Below, in pieces: positions 21,897-35,950 of a DNA stretch of 64,000 bases. A model generated the notes under the pieces. That model was not told the origin of the DNA and did not search any database. It worked only from the letters and a program-made list of their open reading frames with translations. The stretch is taken from the NCBI RefSeq assembly GCF_947568905.1, contig NC_079166.1:74710001-74774000 (forward strand), in the 5' to 3' direction. The position numbers were made by a program, and so were the translations under genes. Source of the DNA: Ostrea edulis. Lineage: Eukaryota. Numbering within the stretch: position 1 is the first letter of the stretch; every line of letters begins with the position of its first letter.

Positions 21897-23182
21897 AGAC
21901 CAAGTTTTTCGACCGGTCGGTTTACCTCAGGTAAGTTTAGTTGGGGGCGGAACTAATTTTAAGCAGGTGTGAAGCCCCGAGGGAAGAATGGTAGCTTGTG
22001 TATAGCTTTCTGAATACACGGGATGTTACCTGTGTTACCTGTACGTTTTCGTAAGATAAATCATAAGTGCAATTATTTTTCTTGTGCATGTTATTCAAAA
22101 TATTGATAAAAAAAATTAATGAATCAAACATGTTAAAGCACGATAAATTTATTTTGTAATTGAGGACGTTAGCCATTGAAAAATTAGGTTTGGATACCAT
22201 ACTCGGACTTTACGAATAACAGTAAGGTATGATGTCTCTCTTGTATCCGTACGTCTACCAAACATACAGATTCCTACGAGAATCCCTTCGTACTGCTGCG
22301 GATTTTCTGGTGATATAACGATCATCGTCCCACACCCCACGATGTCTCAACATAGGGCAGAATTTCTTATAAAGTTTTTTTCTGTTAGATTTACTTTTTC
22401 TGGACGGCACACCGGGATTTTCTGGCCACCAAAGTTGTCTGTGCGACTCGTCCATAACGCACGGCCTACACCAACAGTCGGAACGTTCAGCTCGTCCGGC
22501 ATTTCCCTCAATAGCTGGTCCAGGCGAAGAGGGTACTTCCTCATATATAACTTCTTCTTCCTCGGCATCCCAATCCCAACCATTGTATGCAAAAAGGGCC
22601 CTTACAGCGGATAATTTCTCTTCTGATAGAGTTGCGGTTACTTTTGTTGCCAGGTTTCGTCGTAAAATGACGCTGATAAAATTTCAATTGAATATAAACG
22701 GAATTTTAATGACGTATTTACTCATAATTAAAATTTTGATAATAATATATAAACACGACATTTCCAATGAAATTCGGTACAGTCTCTTGAGCATAAAATC
22801 CATGTCCATGTAAATTATGTTCTAACCATCCATAATTTTCTATCGCACCTCTTCCTAAACACAACCCATCGTAATTTATTATAATTGATGTAATTATATG
22901 TAAGATTTTCTACTCAATACATTATATTTTGTGACTATAGATGTAATACAAAGCCATAATTTTCTTATCAAAACTGTCTCTATTGAGCTGTCATACTACG
23001 CGGTAAACATCAAAAGATTTCACGGACGCATCGATCGAGAGACGAGGTGGACAATGTATACACACGGATTAGTAACTAAATGTCCATCAATTTCTAGCAT
23101 CCAATCTGAAGCTAAATTTCTCCTGATTGACAGGGGTTTACAGACCAGGTAAAATTGAAGGCGGTGCTTATTTCCTCGGTCT
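21897..23182. mobile_element. 1286-bp DNA transposon with TTAA target duplication and AG...CT termini (Kolobok-like)
   Basis: TTAA at 21893-21896 and 23183-23186. Termini are AGACCAAG and CTCGGTCT (7/8 inverted match). The duplicate block has the empty site with a single TTAA at 39791-39794. Confidence 0.75.
22149..22592 (-). pseudogene. Reading frame inside the TTAA element, interrupted by one in-frame TGA (22347-22349)
   Basis: Track ORFs 22347-22592 and 22149-22340 share a frame: MPRKKKLYMRKYPLRLDQLLREMPDELNVP...NSALC*DIVGCGTMIVISPENPQQYEGILVGICMFG. Product not recognised. Confidence 0.4.
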
Positions 23183-23259
23183 TTAACGGAATTAGTTCAA
23201 TCCGTTACATATATTTTATAGTTTTTGTGAATGTATCATGTTTTAAAGTATATTTGATC

Positions 23260-23421
23260 CAGAGCCCACGGCGGGTGTGACCGGTCGATAGGGGGTGCTT
23301 TCTCCTACGCACCTGATGCCATCTCTGGTGTGTCCAGGGGTCCGTGTTTGCCCAACTATCTATTTTGTATTGCTTGTAGGAGTTATGAGATTGATCACTG
23401 TTCGTTATCTTCACCTTTCAT
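23260..23421 (+). mobile_element. Naiad pseudo-LTR fragment (duplicate at ~39868-40031)
   Basis: cacggcgggtgtgaccggtcga...gttcgttatcttcacctttca. Confidence 0.8.
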
Positions 23422-24903
23422 CTTTCTCCCTTAATCTCTTGTGAAGGTCACCATTTGCCATCGCTGCACCTCTTCTTCTCGTATTTTTGCTGATTGTGAT
23501 GGGTATACCACTGTACATAAAGATAAAGAAAATACTCGAAAGACGGATGCCGAGAAACGGTACATTGTAATTACATACATAGGCAAACAATTCACGCGAT
23601 GTAGAGGTATGGATGCATTAGCTTCCGGAAGTAAAATATCGCACTTTGTACGTCAAGTGCACACAATAATTCAATCGCAATATTAAATATCAAATCATTA
23701 GAAAATACAATTGAGATAAAAGTAGATGTTCGTTTTAATATTTAATACTGAAAATTGAGTTTTTGACATAGTGAAAATGACAAGTTCAAAAATACTTTAA
23801 AAGTTTATTACGTGGACACTGGTGGCTTGTGAATTCTGGATAAGTTTTTAACTATTATACTGGTATAAGAAGTGGAATTCTTCATTTTCGCAGTATTTAG
23901 TAATATATTTATTATGATACCTGCGATATTTTCTACATTGTTTTGTTGAAGTCGTAAATGTTCACAAAAGCTGTCATTGATAAACATTGCGTACTAATTT
24001 GATATTTTTGGCTTTCGTCATAAACTCTGGTTTTAGGTTTCAATCATCCATTCACCGTGTCGGTCGGAAAGTTTTTTTTCAAAGACAGAAAATCCATACC
24101 ATGTTCTTTCCACACCTGCATTAAATGTTCCGTTAAACAACGAATAACAGTTACCCAGTAAACCAAAGTGATATCTTGTCGATCCCTCATCAATAGTCTC
24201 GTGTATTCTAGTTTACTGTAACGTATCTTGCTTTCTAAGTTTAAAATGTGTCGTCATAGACGTTACTGCCCTAAGGAATACTTCTAGCCTACTTTTCAAA
24301 GGTAGAATAAGTAAATAAACAATATTATTTAACCCGATATGTTGGAGCAGGATAAATAAAATGCACCATAGCTGTCTGGATTTTTTTTTCACATGATAGA
24401 AAGAATTGGAAGCATATTATACGAAACCTTTATATGTCTGCAATCACGATACCTATTAAATAATAAATATCTATTTTTGCAGATGAAAGGGAAACTACAG
24501 AAGATACCCCAATGGTCGAAACGGTGTGATAACAAATATTAATATCTCATGTAATATAGTCGAAGCCGATTGGTCGAGAACATTTGAAAAAACATTGTTA
24601 CCCTCTGAGAACAGAAAGCACACGCTCGAGCGTGATGGTATTTAGCAACGGGTAACATCACTCCATAACAGGTAATATTATTTAAATATTGAATGTACTT
24701 GATGGCATTGAACATTTTCATTCCGAGAAAACCATTGTCAATCGAGGCGTAGCCGAGGTTGAAAACGGTTTCTCGAGGAGTGAACAGGTGCAATGCTACC
24801 CTCAACTGCATGCAATGTTTGTTTTATTATACTGAATGTTATACAAACAGCAAAGCATAAAAACTTACGTTTGTTGACATTTGCTAAATCACTGTAATGT
24901 GAT

Positions 24904-25291
24904 CAGTGGCGGATTTAAGGGGATGCATCCCCCGCCCTAAAAATGTTTAATTTAAGGTAAATCGTGGTATCTTCTTTTGAGAAATGTAAATCATTCAAGA
25001 AGCAATAATTTCTTCCACTCGCAGAGCAATAAATTACAAAATCGTTTGATATATTAGAATACTTTTAATGAAAGAACTTGCATTTTTAAAACTATTTTTT
25101 ATTATCAAAAATGACAGAAAATATAAAAACTGCCTACATAGGTGACATGGGAGACATATTTGAATTCCTATAAAATCTCTAAAATCCACGAGCGTCCATT
25201 GGGGACCTCAAGGCGGCTCACAGACCACCTGCCTCATAAAGTTGCCTCATAAATCCCCCCCCCCTAACCACAATTTCTGGATCCGCCCCTG
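24904..25291. mobile_element. MITE with cagtggcgga...tccgcccctg ends (duplicate at 41528-41911)
   Basis: Terminal inverted repeats are visible; same family as 16492-16850. Confidence 0.65.
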
Positions 25292-27944
25292 GTATATCAA
25301 TCCGAGTATGCGCTCAAACGACGTCGTTTAACAATCTACGGAGAACCGTACGAGTATAAAATGGAAGTATTTTTATGATATCACCCGTTGTCAAGTATTA
25401 TTACTCGTTACTAGATACTAGTATTTTGGAGCGTGAGCTTTCTGTTCTCAGAGGGTAACAATATGCTTTTAAATGCTTCTCGACCATCAGATTCAAGTAT
25501 CTGTTGATTAGTTGAGGATAACACTCAAAATTGCCACCACTCGAGAAACCGTTGTCACCCTCGGCAACTCCTCAGTTGACAATGGTTTTCTTGCCCCAAT
25601 GTAACCCTCAAGTACATGCAATATTCATTTACTAGCACATGTACATGTACAAATTGTTTTCTATTAAAATTGTTTTGAAATTGTCAATTTGACTGACTAA
25701 TGCACTTGTGTTTGCGGATATTAAACGAGCGTAAACATGACGGAAGGTTTGCCCATTGTGACGTCATAATAGACTGGAGTAAAAGCGTAACGTCAAATGT
25801 ATACATTTTGTACATACATGTAATGTATTTCATATAAAAAAAATAAGACGTAAACATCTAGCAAGGGCACACATTCCATGAAAATGGGAATAGCTTTCTT
25901 TTCATTTTTAGCGACTGTTAATGCTGATTTGATGGTCACAAACACCCGATTCACCGGAAAAATCGGCATTAAGGCTCGCAAATAATAAACGAGAAGTTAA
26001 TTTTTCCTTAAATGCATATTTTTTCATTATGTTGTCTATTTTTATTAGTGTATCTGATGTTCTTTTTAAACATGGAGGCTATCCTGCAATATCCACAAGA
26101 ATGCATGTCTTATTTCCCAAATTAATAGTATGGAACAATTGCGTAAATTCAACTGCCGTGTATAATAACATCAGTATGCCAATTTCACATTTCGGATTTT
26201 ATTAAATACTCGACACTTTTAGTAATTCCACTCTCATTTGACGTCATAAGAGTTTACAAATTCATTGATTTATTTCGATTGATGCATGGTATGAACTTAA
26301 ATTTTGTTGGAGTATTTCCTGATAGTAATTGTAAAACAATCTTATTTAACATACAATATTTTATAAGTCTAATGTATGTATGTTAAATAAGTTTATATGT
26401 TTATTTAATAGTGGATCCAAAGGCAATAACTCTGTTTTTATTTATTTCATTATCGACTTCATTGTACACTATATTTCCTTTATTTTTCAAATATTTGGAA
26501 ATCATTGAGAATCATTGAAAATGTTTGTTAATAAACAGTTTTATGAAATTCTCATGAATTCTATTATATCCTTATAACCAGATTTTGTGTAATTTCAATA
26601 TTGCTGTTAAGGAGATTGTAATCTTTTCATGAACGATTATTTTTGTACATGCCTCGCATCTTACAAATTGCAATAAACTACGCTGTATATATTATATTTG
26701 ATAGTTTATTAGTTTTAGCTATGATGAATGGAAATAAATGCACGATCTATACGTTTATCAGATAATGATACGACTATGGAGTGAACTTAAATCAATAGCC
26801 CCTTCACTGTGTCGTTAGTACTTCATGCATATTTCAAATAAGTTTTTTTCATTGTTCAAATATCATCATCTTATAGTTGCTCTTGACAAAATTCCAATAT
26901 CGTATTATTTTTCACTTGCATTCTTAGCAGATATGGACAACATAATGGTGTTGTACATTTCTTGACTTCATGAATGAATGTAGGATGACAATTGAATTAC
27001 TGCACCCAGGAATACGTAACCCTAGTATAAATGTTTAACATAAGCCGCATTATTTCCCCCTTTATCGGATCACTAAACCTAAAGAATCCCATTCATGATT
27101 TAACTGTATAGCACGGGGTATTTAAATAGGTCATAGTAAAGACTCATCGTAAGATTATTAAAAAGCTACGAAGCCTGTGAAATATCGCACCATGTTTATT
27201 GAAAGCGAGAACTATCCCAAGGTCATCAGATTATCCACCTCATTTCATTCGACACAGTTCAGGTGATGGACAAAAAATGAAAGAAGAATGGTCTTGTAAT
27301 TTTAGTAACTGGGTGCGTCTTGTAATTGGTAATATATTTTTGGTGACTGTTTGAGTTTATTGTTTTATCAATCACAACAACAATTGTGGAAAGTTATGAA
27401 AATCAATGCGAAAAAGTCAATAATTATAGAACAATACATAATACATTTTACAACTACAATGTTTTATACATACACACACTAGACGAGAATAAATACTAAA
27501 TGAAAATAGTGTTAGTAACAGTGATTTTCATTTTAAGACATTCTGATTTAGAGAATAGCTCAGCGTCCTGCTTTTAATTATAAGGATATATATACAAGGC
27601 CTGCTGAATGTGTGACGATGTCCCGCTGCCAAAAGAGTGAAGATGTAACTGAAATAAGATATGTTCCCAGTAAAATCATTTTCATACAGCATCGTTATTC
27701 ATCACAACCTTTCTAGAATGTTTCATTCAACTAACATTGGATCTCATCAATACTGAAGCACAATAATTGAAAAATAAAGCTCGCAACGGTACATACGTTT
27801 AAAAGTTGCATTTTGTTTGTAGTTACTCCTAACTTAGACATATAAAAGAATGAGTCACATTGGAAACATTCAGCATTTTCCTTGTAGTAAATGCATTCAT
27901 AAATCAATTGTTGTCTTATAAAGTTTAAAAGGTCAATGTAACGA

Positions 27945-29110
27945 ATGATCGAAATCAGGTGGCTAGGAGGAGTAATCATTTTCTTTCAACCTATTGAACC
28001 CGACTAAATTCCTCTATTTTAATCAGGTAAATGAAGTAATTCTTAGTCAAAATTGCTATGCAAAGAACAGCCCAGCACTTGTATAAAACTCGTCAGACAG
28101 CATTTAATTTACTGACAAGTAATATTTGCAAATAAGATCGTAATGACGACCATAGGATTTGGAAATGCTGAATTTAAACGAGACTCTTCAAACGCATATA
28201 CATGTAACATCAACATATTTGTTAGCAATCTAGATTTAAAAACTGATCATACGTAAAACATGCTCCTGCTTATCGATTTAGTTGAGAGATATATCTCACG
28301 GCAGGCTTGAATTCTTAACGATCAAAATAACAGAAATTAATGAATACATTTATGTCTAATATCAGTATTATCATCTATTTTAAAACTTATCATTGATATA
28401 TTATTTCCTGATGCAGTTCCAATGAAGACGGGAAGACCTAAACATACAAACCACAAAACAAAAACAAGAAACAGAGCTCGAAATTAAAGACACCAAAGAG
28501 TCGTCCACTTCTGCTTCATACTTAGATATTTTATTGAAAGTAGACATTAAGGGCAAACTGACAACTCAACACTATGTCAAACGGAATGATTTCAGCTTCT
28601 TCATCGCCAACTTCTCATATTAATGTAGAAATATTACATTATCACCTGTGTATGGTTTTTATATCTCTCAACTGATTCGATACACAAGAGCTTGTTGTGT
28701 GTATAGTCAGGGTTTTTTTTTTTTATCGAGGCAAGCTATTGAGAAGCAAGTTGATGGTACAGGGGTTTCAACAGTCTCGTATGAAGTCAGCATTGTGCAA
28801 ATTTTGTGGTCGTTTTAACGATCTAGTTCGTCAATACAGCCTATCATTGGGTCAAATGCAATCTGACGTGTTTCATACCGATTGTTAGGCCGTTCTTGGC
28901 ACACTGATTGTGACTAGGGATAACTCCGTTTACCTGATCAAGATATAGGGCTCACAGCGGGTGTGACCGGTCGACAGGGGATGCTTACTCCTCCCAGGCA
29001 CCTGATCCCACCTCTTGTGTGTCCAGGGATCCGAGTTTGCCCAACTATCTATTTATTATTACTTATAGGAATTATGAGATTGATCACTGTTCGTTATATT
29101 AACCTTTCAT
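27945..29110. mobile_element. Old Naiad fragments in inverted arrangement (minus ~27945-28300, plus ~28480-29110); duplicate at ~44640-45985
   Basis: The plus part matches ELEIKDT.ES.TSASYLDI...VFHTDC and the pseudo-LTR. The minus part is a diverged reverse match. Confidence 0.75.
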
Positions 29111-29538
29111 GGAACAGTCTATGAATGGAAAGAACGAATCACATCCGCCGTAATTTCTAGATATTGCAATTGATTGATGACGGTAAGCGGATCCCCATTC
29201 AAAATCAGAATGTGACAAATGACAGGTTGCTTCGGCAAACAATATCACTATAGCGGCCATAAACGTTATAGATCACAGGCTTTAATCAAGATATTGAATA
29301 CTATGTAACACCAGCTTACAGTCAGCATGTCAGTGGCATGGTTCGATTCAAAATTTGATCATACGCAGAACTTGTTCGGGTGTATCGAATCAATTGAGAA
29401 AAATAAACAAGATATTATTTGCTTTTCTCATATAGAGTATTTCTGGATAAATTCTAACTCAAAAGTATACAACAAGTCAGCTACTAATGAAACATAACCT
29501 GTATCCATGGGAGTTCCAAAAGACTATTGAAAGACCTG

Positions 29539-29757
29539 GGCACCTATTCACAAAATATCTTACGACTAAGATCAAAATTTACAAACACGATAATTTCCTT
29601 ATTTTTCATTTCTTGTAGACTTTCTTAATTGATATGTAAAGTACATCCATGGTTTATAAAAGTTGAATACATACTTGTGACCTTGGGATCGGTATTTGAT
29701 TATCAGACAGAATTATTTTTTTCATCTTAGTCGTAAGATATTTTGTGAATATGGGCC
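29539..29757. mobile_element. 219-bp MITE with 34-bp TIRs and CTG target duplication (PIF/Harbinger-like)
   Basis: Left TIR GGCACCTATTCACAAAATATCTTACGACTAAGAT versus reverse-complemented right end GGCCCATATTCACAAAATATCTTACGACTAAGAT. CTG at 29536-29538 and 29758-29760. Empty site gacctggcaa near 46375. Confidence 0.8.
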
Positions 29758-29789
29758 CTGGCAATCAAAGACTATATTAGAATTGTCTA

Positions 29790-30055
29790 TGAGGCTGGTC
29801 AGTTGTGTATTTCTTAAAGTTCTGATCGAGATATTTTCATTCATACGAAGACGGAACCATTGCTGATGAAGGAATGCAACATTTAAGCATATGTTCGACG
29901 CTTATGGGCTTTTAACAGGGAGGAATAATTATCGTGCCATACCTGATGTTATAAGTGGCCTCAGATATTGCAGTCTAATACGAAGAACCGTCCCATTTAT
30001 TCACCTTTTACGACAGACAGGCAGCACTGAGGATATATTCTAACCCGGTTTCGAA
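29790..30055 (-). mobile_element. Degenerate SINE (duplicate at ~46400-46670)
   Basis: Diverged reverse match to the SINE body at 15500-15660; boundaries are approximate. Confidence 0.4.
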
Positions 30056-32156
30056 TGGCATTGCCTATGAAAAACCCCGACATTGTTTTGCTATCAACTA
30101 CAGAATACTTTTACGTAGAATTAGACTAGTGTTTAACGAAGTAATTTCCTTTGGATAACGGAGAACAAGGTATGGATATTTCACGTTCTGTATCCATTGG
30201 AGACGCAGCTGTCTATGATGTCAAAATGTATGGTCTTTAGTTGATCGAGAGGAATGGTCGTGTAACGTGTTGAAAAGTCGCATGTATAGATGCGTTGTGC
30301 GGTAACAGTGTTGTGATTATAAATTTACTAAACTCTTTTTTTTTTTTTTGCAGTTTTTGAAGATTTACATTTTATTTCCAACATATACGACGCTACTTTT
30401 ACACGAGTGTATTCAGAGACTGTTACAGATGAAATAATTTTTTTAAAATACTTAGAATTATGGTAGCTTTTTACCGTAGACCATCGTTAAGTGTAAGTCA
30501 AGAGTCACTTTCTGAATCTAATAAGTATATGATGCTCTGTTTTTCTACTCGGCGCTCTCTAATGGCATGGAGGTTAAAATGAAAATAGAAGGCTCAAACG
30601 AAAATAGTACCTGGTGTTATTAATAGGCACACGTCATGTGTACCTTTATATCAAAACCAGTTACTCTATTTTCAACAGTGAAGAACCAAAAATTCCATTC
30701 ATGAATACGCAGCAAGATGCATGGGATTTAAAGTGCTTGTCAGACAGTCTGAATGGTAAATTGTTGTGTTTGTAATAAAGGGGCGCATACATGCAGCATG
30801 TTATTTCAGGCAGATATATGTAAGGATTTCAAAGAATTTCATAATTCAATGAACTACATTTTATTGTGCTGTTCTGATCTGCCATAAATCGTGTGATATC
30901 AAATTATCAGCATACCCTGACTGGGATTGAAGTAGATTATATCATGTTATTCTGATCTACCATATCTTGAATTATCAACTCACCAGCATACACGTACATT
31001 GATTGGAATGTAACATACGCAATTAATGCAATCGCTAGCTACCAACTGGGGCAATACAAATATCATTTCAGCAACACATGTAAAAACATAGAAACTTGGA
31101 TCGAATGAACATATTTATAAAAGCCACATAGTTTTGAACTCATACCAAATGTTGTTTGTGATAGCAATACTTTGTTTGATTTTAGTTTACGAAATCAGAA
31201 AAGATAGAAGCATTCTTTAAAAACATAATTGAATACCCAGCAAATGTTCGCCATTCAGATTTAACCGAATGAATGAACATGAAAACAGTAGATACTCCCC
31301 AAGGTCTCTATTAACCCATCCCGTGTTCTTTGAGTTGTAGTTTTTAGAGTGTAAAACACATAACCTACCAGCCGACAATAATAAAAAAAAATACTAAGAT
31401 AATCTTACTTATGTAAAACATATGCGGTATAATGAGATCAATAAAGGAGAATTTTGCAGATTCGATGGAGATTGATAGAGAAAAAAACATCTACCAGAGA
31501 GAAAAAAACAGATTAGAATGAAAACCTTTTAGCAAGTATTAAATGATGTCGATATACACATTGCAGTATACAGGTTAATACATTTTATAGTGTATGAAAC
31601 AACATATTACTTTCAACAAGTCCGTCACATATTGCTATCAGAATCTCATATTCAATTTTTTCCAGGAAAAGCACTTATCACCAAAAAAAAACTTATTATC
31701 GAAATTCATATTGGTTAGCCTGTTTGTTTTGTATTATTATCATTTCATTCGTTTTTTATTTATCTAAACATGTATTTTTCCCCTTTACTCTTGTCGTCCT
31801 CTGTGAAAATTTACCTGCATAAGTGCTGTAAATCTTGCGCTATGCATGTCAATCTAGACCTTAGCAATGAGGGTTCTTTCTGCCAACGTAAATGGAAATC
31901 CTAAAAGCGAAATACTCTGCACTCCACCTTAATCGCATTTCGTTGAAAATTCTGTGAAATATGAATAGGACCCCATGTGGTATACATACAACAAAGTAAT
32001 TTAAGCTGTATGACAAACCTATTACTTCTATTTGAAGGTGAATTTCCAGTATTCTACAAACACATTGTTTAAATTTTTCCATTTGTTAAAGAAATTGTGA
32101 GAACTTTTTGGTAAGATAACACGTGTAGTTGATGGATCTGTTGATGAATTAAGTAC

Positions 32157-32408
32157 TTTGATTGATTGATTGATTGATGTTTTCCGCCACATTCAACAAT
32201 TTTTCAGTTATCTGGTGGCGCCAAGTTTTTGTTGGTGGAAGAGAGGCCCCAGTTACAATGTACCTGGGAAGAGACCACCGACCTTCTGAAAGTAAACTGG
32301 GCAACTTTCTCACTTACCGGCGCGAGAGGGATTCGAAACCGCACCGACAGAGGTGAGAGGCCGTGTGATGATGAGCGTGATGCTCTAACCACTCGGTCAC
32401 GGAGGCCC
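32157..32408 (-). mobile_element. Young tRNA-derived SINE with (ATCA)n tail and 12-bp TSD
   Basis: TSD tgaattaagtac at 32145-32156 and 32409-32420; empty site near 50920. Head is gggcctccgtgaccgagtggttagagc...tttcgaatcc. Confidence 0.85.
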
Positions 32409-34889
32409 TGAATTAAGTACAAGACGTAGATTATAAGTACTGATGTGAACGGTCCTTATATTGACACTTCAGATTAAAACAGTGAATTGTCTACTATCTA
32501 ACAATTACTCATGCAATCCGTATAGGAGTTAAGCGATGGGTCACTGTTCGTTATCTTCACCTTTCACTGTATCGCATGATGTGCACTTATCTTATCAGTT
32601 TCTCAGAAAGCAAATGTATTTTTTCAAAATTTCAAAAGAAGCAAATGCACAGCTGATAATGTAGTACTCATATACTATAGAGCGAATCCATCGTACTAGT
32701 TCTTGGTCTGAATTAGGGCAATTATCTCAATTAATGATATATATATGACAGGTGCAATCTCTTTTCAACATGTAACGTATGTAACGCAACTTTACTGAAC
32801 AAGCAGATAATTTAATAGAACCCCCATTGCTGTTCTTTAGCGAACAACACATGTTAGATTGCTTGGCATACACGGCAACATAAATATATGTATATTTATA
32901 TAGCTTGTTTTTTGCAGAACTGGAACTCTTATGGGGTCAAATATTTCAAATTCTGGCATCATTCTATAGTTTTACAGCTTTTTTATACTGGGTAAATATC
33001 ATTGTCAAGTGTTGAGATGAGATTTGTATCATTTTTAAATGATATGTCCTGCATATGCTTGAGTGTATAAGTACTCATGTATAAATAGATTTGGCTTATT
33101 ACCAAATAAGACAGGTCATAATTGTAGAGGACAAAATCACCAGATCATTCCGAAATACTTATTTGCGAGTACCAATGCACATTAAGTTGTAGATAGAGGA
33201 ATATTTATATTGGGTAACATCAGATAATATTATTGAGTATCCACAGTGTATCTTACCATATTAAATAGCAATCTGAAAGACATACGACATAATCCTTTTT
33301 ATGTATGCGTCCATTCCCATGCTCGAAAACTTCTTATTTCAATATTTAATATATGATAGAATATTTCTAATCCATTAATCGCAAAATTTATTCTTGAAAT
33401 CCGGTATTATTTTTCTTTATTTTTACCAATTTTATGGCAAACATTGCTACTGATTTATTCCGTGTTTTGATATAGATAATCAAACATGATATCGTGTACA
33501 TGTATTATGAATTGGGTCAATATTATATGAGTCATAATTGTCATGGACTTGTCGGGTAATTCCCTTGCGCCCAGTTGGCTTCAATAAAAACAGCACATTA
33601 AATTCGACCAAATCGACACTATACATATATCAAATTTCGAATGGAAGATTCACTGTACTGGTTTCGTTTTCTGTCTCTTTGAATTTAAAAAAAAACAGCA
33701 CACATTTGACAGTTGTTTTTCAAAGGATTGTATAATGATTTGAAGCGAGAAATTATTCATTTTGTATATTTGCTTTTATTTGAAATCATACATTTGGGTT
33801 TTATAGCAACAAATCTCTGAGATTCAATCACACAAATGCATGAATGTCAGTGTGATTTCATTCGAATAGTAGAATGAATATTTCAATGTGTGGGGCAAAT
33901 AGAGATACCGCGCCGTTTATTGAAATTGTTTTTTGTTTTTTTTTTTAGTTTGATTTGCATGTAAACTGTAATATTTTAATTATCAAACATCAAATGGAAT
34001 CATATCAAGCATTTCAAATAACCGTGCATTACAATGTTATGTGTAAAGCAGCTAAATAGATTTAGGCACCCTTTCCTTGAATGTGTAGATTCATAGATCA
34101 TATTGCTTCACAGATGCATGTAATACTTCGTAAGCGTCTTCAATTTCTTCAAAAGAAAGTTTAACCTAATAATGCGGGTTGCAATTCTAAAGAATTTGGG
34201 TGATGATAACTTTGTCGCTAGTGCATATTTAAATGTAGTGGGGTATTATAATGACTGCTAGTCGCATATACATCACACTAAACTAAACTTATAAAAGCTC
34301 GTAAACATCTATATCCAAATCATCTTCGATGAAGGGATACCTTGCAATATATGTGCGCGGGAGGAAGTGTTGGCTCAGCTAGGCATAGCAATCCTCTCTT
34401 TACCCAGAATTCCTAGGGCTTTTGGAACGATCTGTCAGTCAAGTGATACAATAAGAGATTAAAATGTGAAAAGTAAGAATTGTGTGATTATTTTGAAAGT
34501 ACAAATATTTGCATAGTAAGGATTTATATCATTGAAAGATATTTCATAGACTGTCAAATCTAAGCATTCATTAAGCATATACGGGTCACGGTATCTCAGT
34601 TGTAGAGCTTTCACTTCGTAACTGGGAGGCCGTGAGTTCGAGCAAGTACAGATTCTGTAGAACATATAGTTACAAATGTATCAGGAATTCAGATGCCTTC
34701 AAATTCTATATTATCACTCACCAAGAAAGTACAGGTCAATGAAAGCATCTGAATCAATTCTGAACAACAGTGACTTCATAGGAACCATGTATGTAAAATT
34801 CCTCATTGTAGAATACCCAAGTACTAAGAATTGAACATGCTCGAAAAGAAATTCCCCAGATTTATGCTATCTCAAGAACTGCATGATTT

Positions 34890-35236
34890 GACCCCTGGGT
34901 CGATGCCTCTGCTGGTGGACTGTTAGTCCCCGAGGGTCTCTACAGCCCAGTAGCTAAGTACTTCGTTACTAGCTTGCAAATACGGATGTATATTTAATTG
35001 CTGTTATAAAATTTAGAAATTCATTTCAAATTTAAGAATTATCTCCCTCATGCATAGCTCTTATTCTTGGACGAATTTGGCTCCACTTTTTTGGCACGCT
35101 GTTTTTGGCTATATTTAGCTCTAAAACTTCATAGTTATTTCAGATTTCAAACATTTCGGTTGAGCATCACTGAAGAGAAATTATTTGTCGAAATGCGCAT
35201 CTGGTGCATCAAAATTGGTACCGTATAAGTTTTACA
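34890..35236 (+). mobile_element. Second hammerhead retrozyme copy, inserted downstream of gene A2 only
   Basis: Same family as 9129-9520. Absent at the paralogous sites near 2155 (A1) and 53485 (A3). Confidence 0.8.
35164..35207 (+). ncRNA. Type I hammerhead ribozyme motif with palindromic stem III
   Basis: GCATCA-CTGAAGA-GAA attattt GTC-GAA-ATGCGCAT-C^TGGTGC. Stem III AUGCGCAU is a perfect palindrome; stem II has one mismatch. Confidence 0.85.
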
Positions 35237-35464
35237 CAATATCAAAGACAGTTGTAAAACATAATTTTAATTTCCGTTTCATTCATTTTAACAACATTTG
35301 GCACTGGTATATTGGTTCACATTAAAGAGCAAATAAATGAACATAGTAATAAAATGGATAATTGGAAACATGTAAAAAGTAAAAATGCAATGACATGAAA
35401 TATAACTGCCATCGGTTAAATTCTCAACCTGCCATCGATACACTTCACTCATTAAACACTGCAA

Positions 35465-35640
35465 CTAACATCAGTCAGGCAATATCTAGCATCGCTCAGT
35501 CAATCTCTATCTAACGTCACTCAGGCAATCTCTAACATCAATCAGTCAACCTCTATTTATCATCACTCAGTCAATCTCTAACTTCAGTCACTAAACCTAT
35601 CTAACATCAGCCAATCTCAATTTGACATCAGTTAGTCAAT
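35465..35640. repeat. 3' UTR minisatellite of A2 (short version)
   Basis: catcagtca/gtcaatctcta units. Confidence 0.7.
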
Positions 35641-35950
35641 CAAAAGCTCATATTTGTCAATAATACCAATCTGGAATTAGTTAGTCAATCTGACCCTATC
35701 AATTTTGGCATTCTTAAGGTATTTTGATGTCATTAGTCAGTCAATTTCAATATGTCGATTTCCAGTCAGTCTTGCTTTGTTCATCCTCAATATCGTGCAC
35801 GATCTTTCAATGTGTCCTTCATTGTCGATTTCAACCTACCAATAATCAGTCAATCTCAATTTGCCATTAGTCAATCAATTTTAAGCTGCCATTAATCAGT
35901 TAATTTTGATATCCCATTATTCAGTCAACATCCACATCCTTTATTCTCAC

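Noticed and set aside
23441-23686. 81-aa ORF open in both duplicates (40052-40297), containing an ETS-like CCGGAAGT
   Set aside because: It has a GTG start, no recognisable domain and seven amino-acid changes between copies. Staying open is expected from recent duplication.
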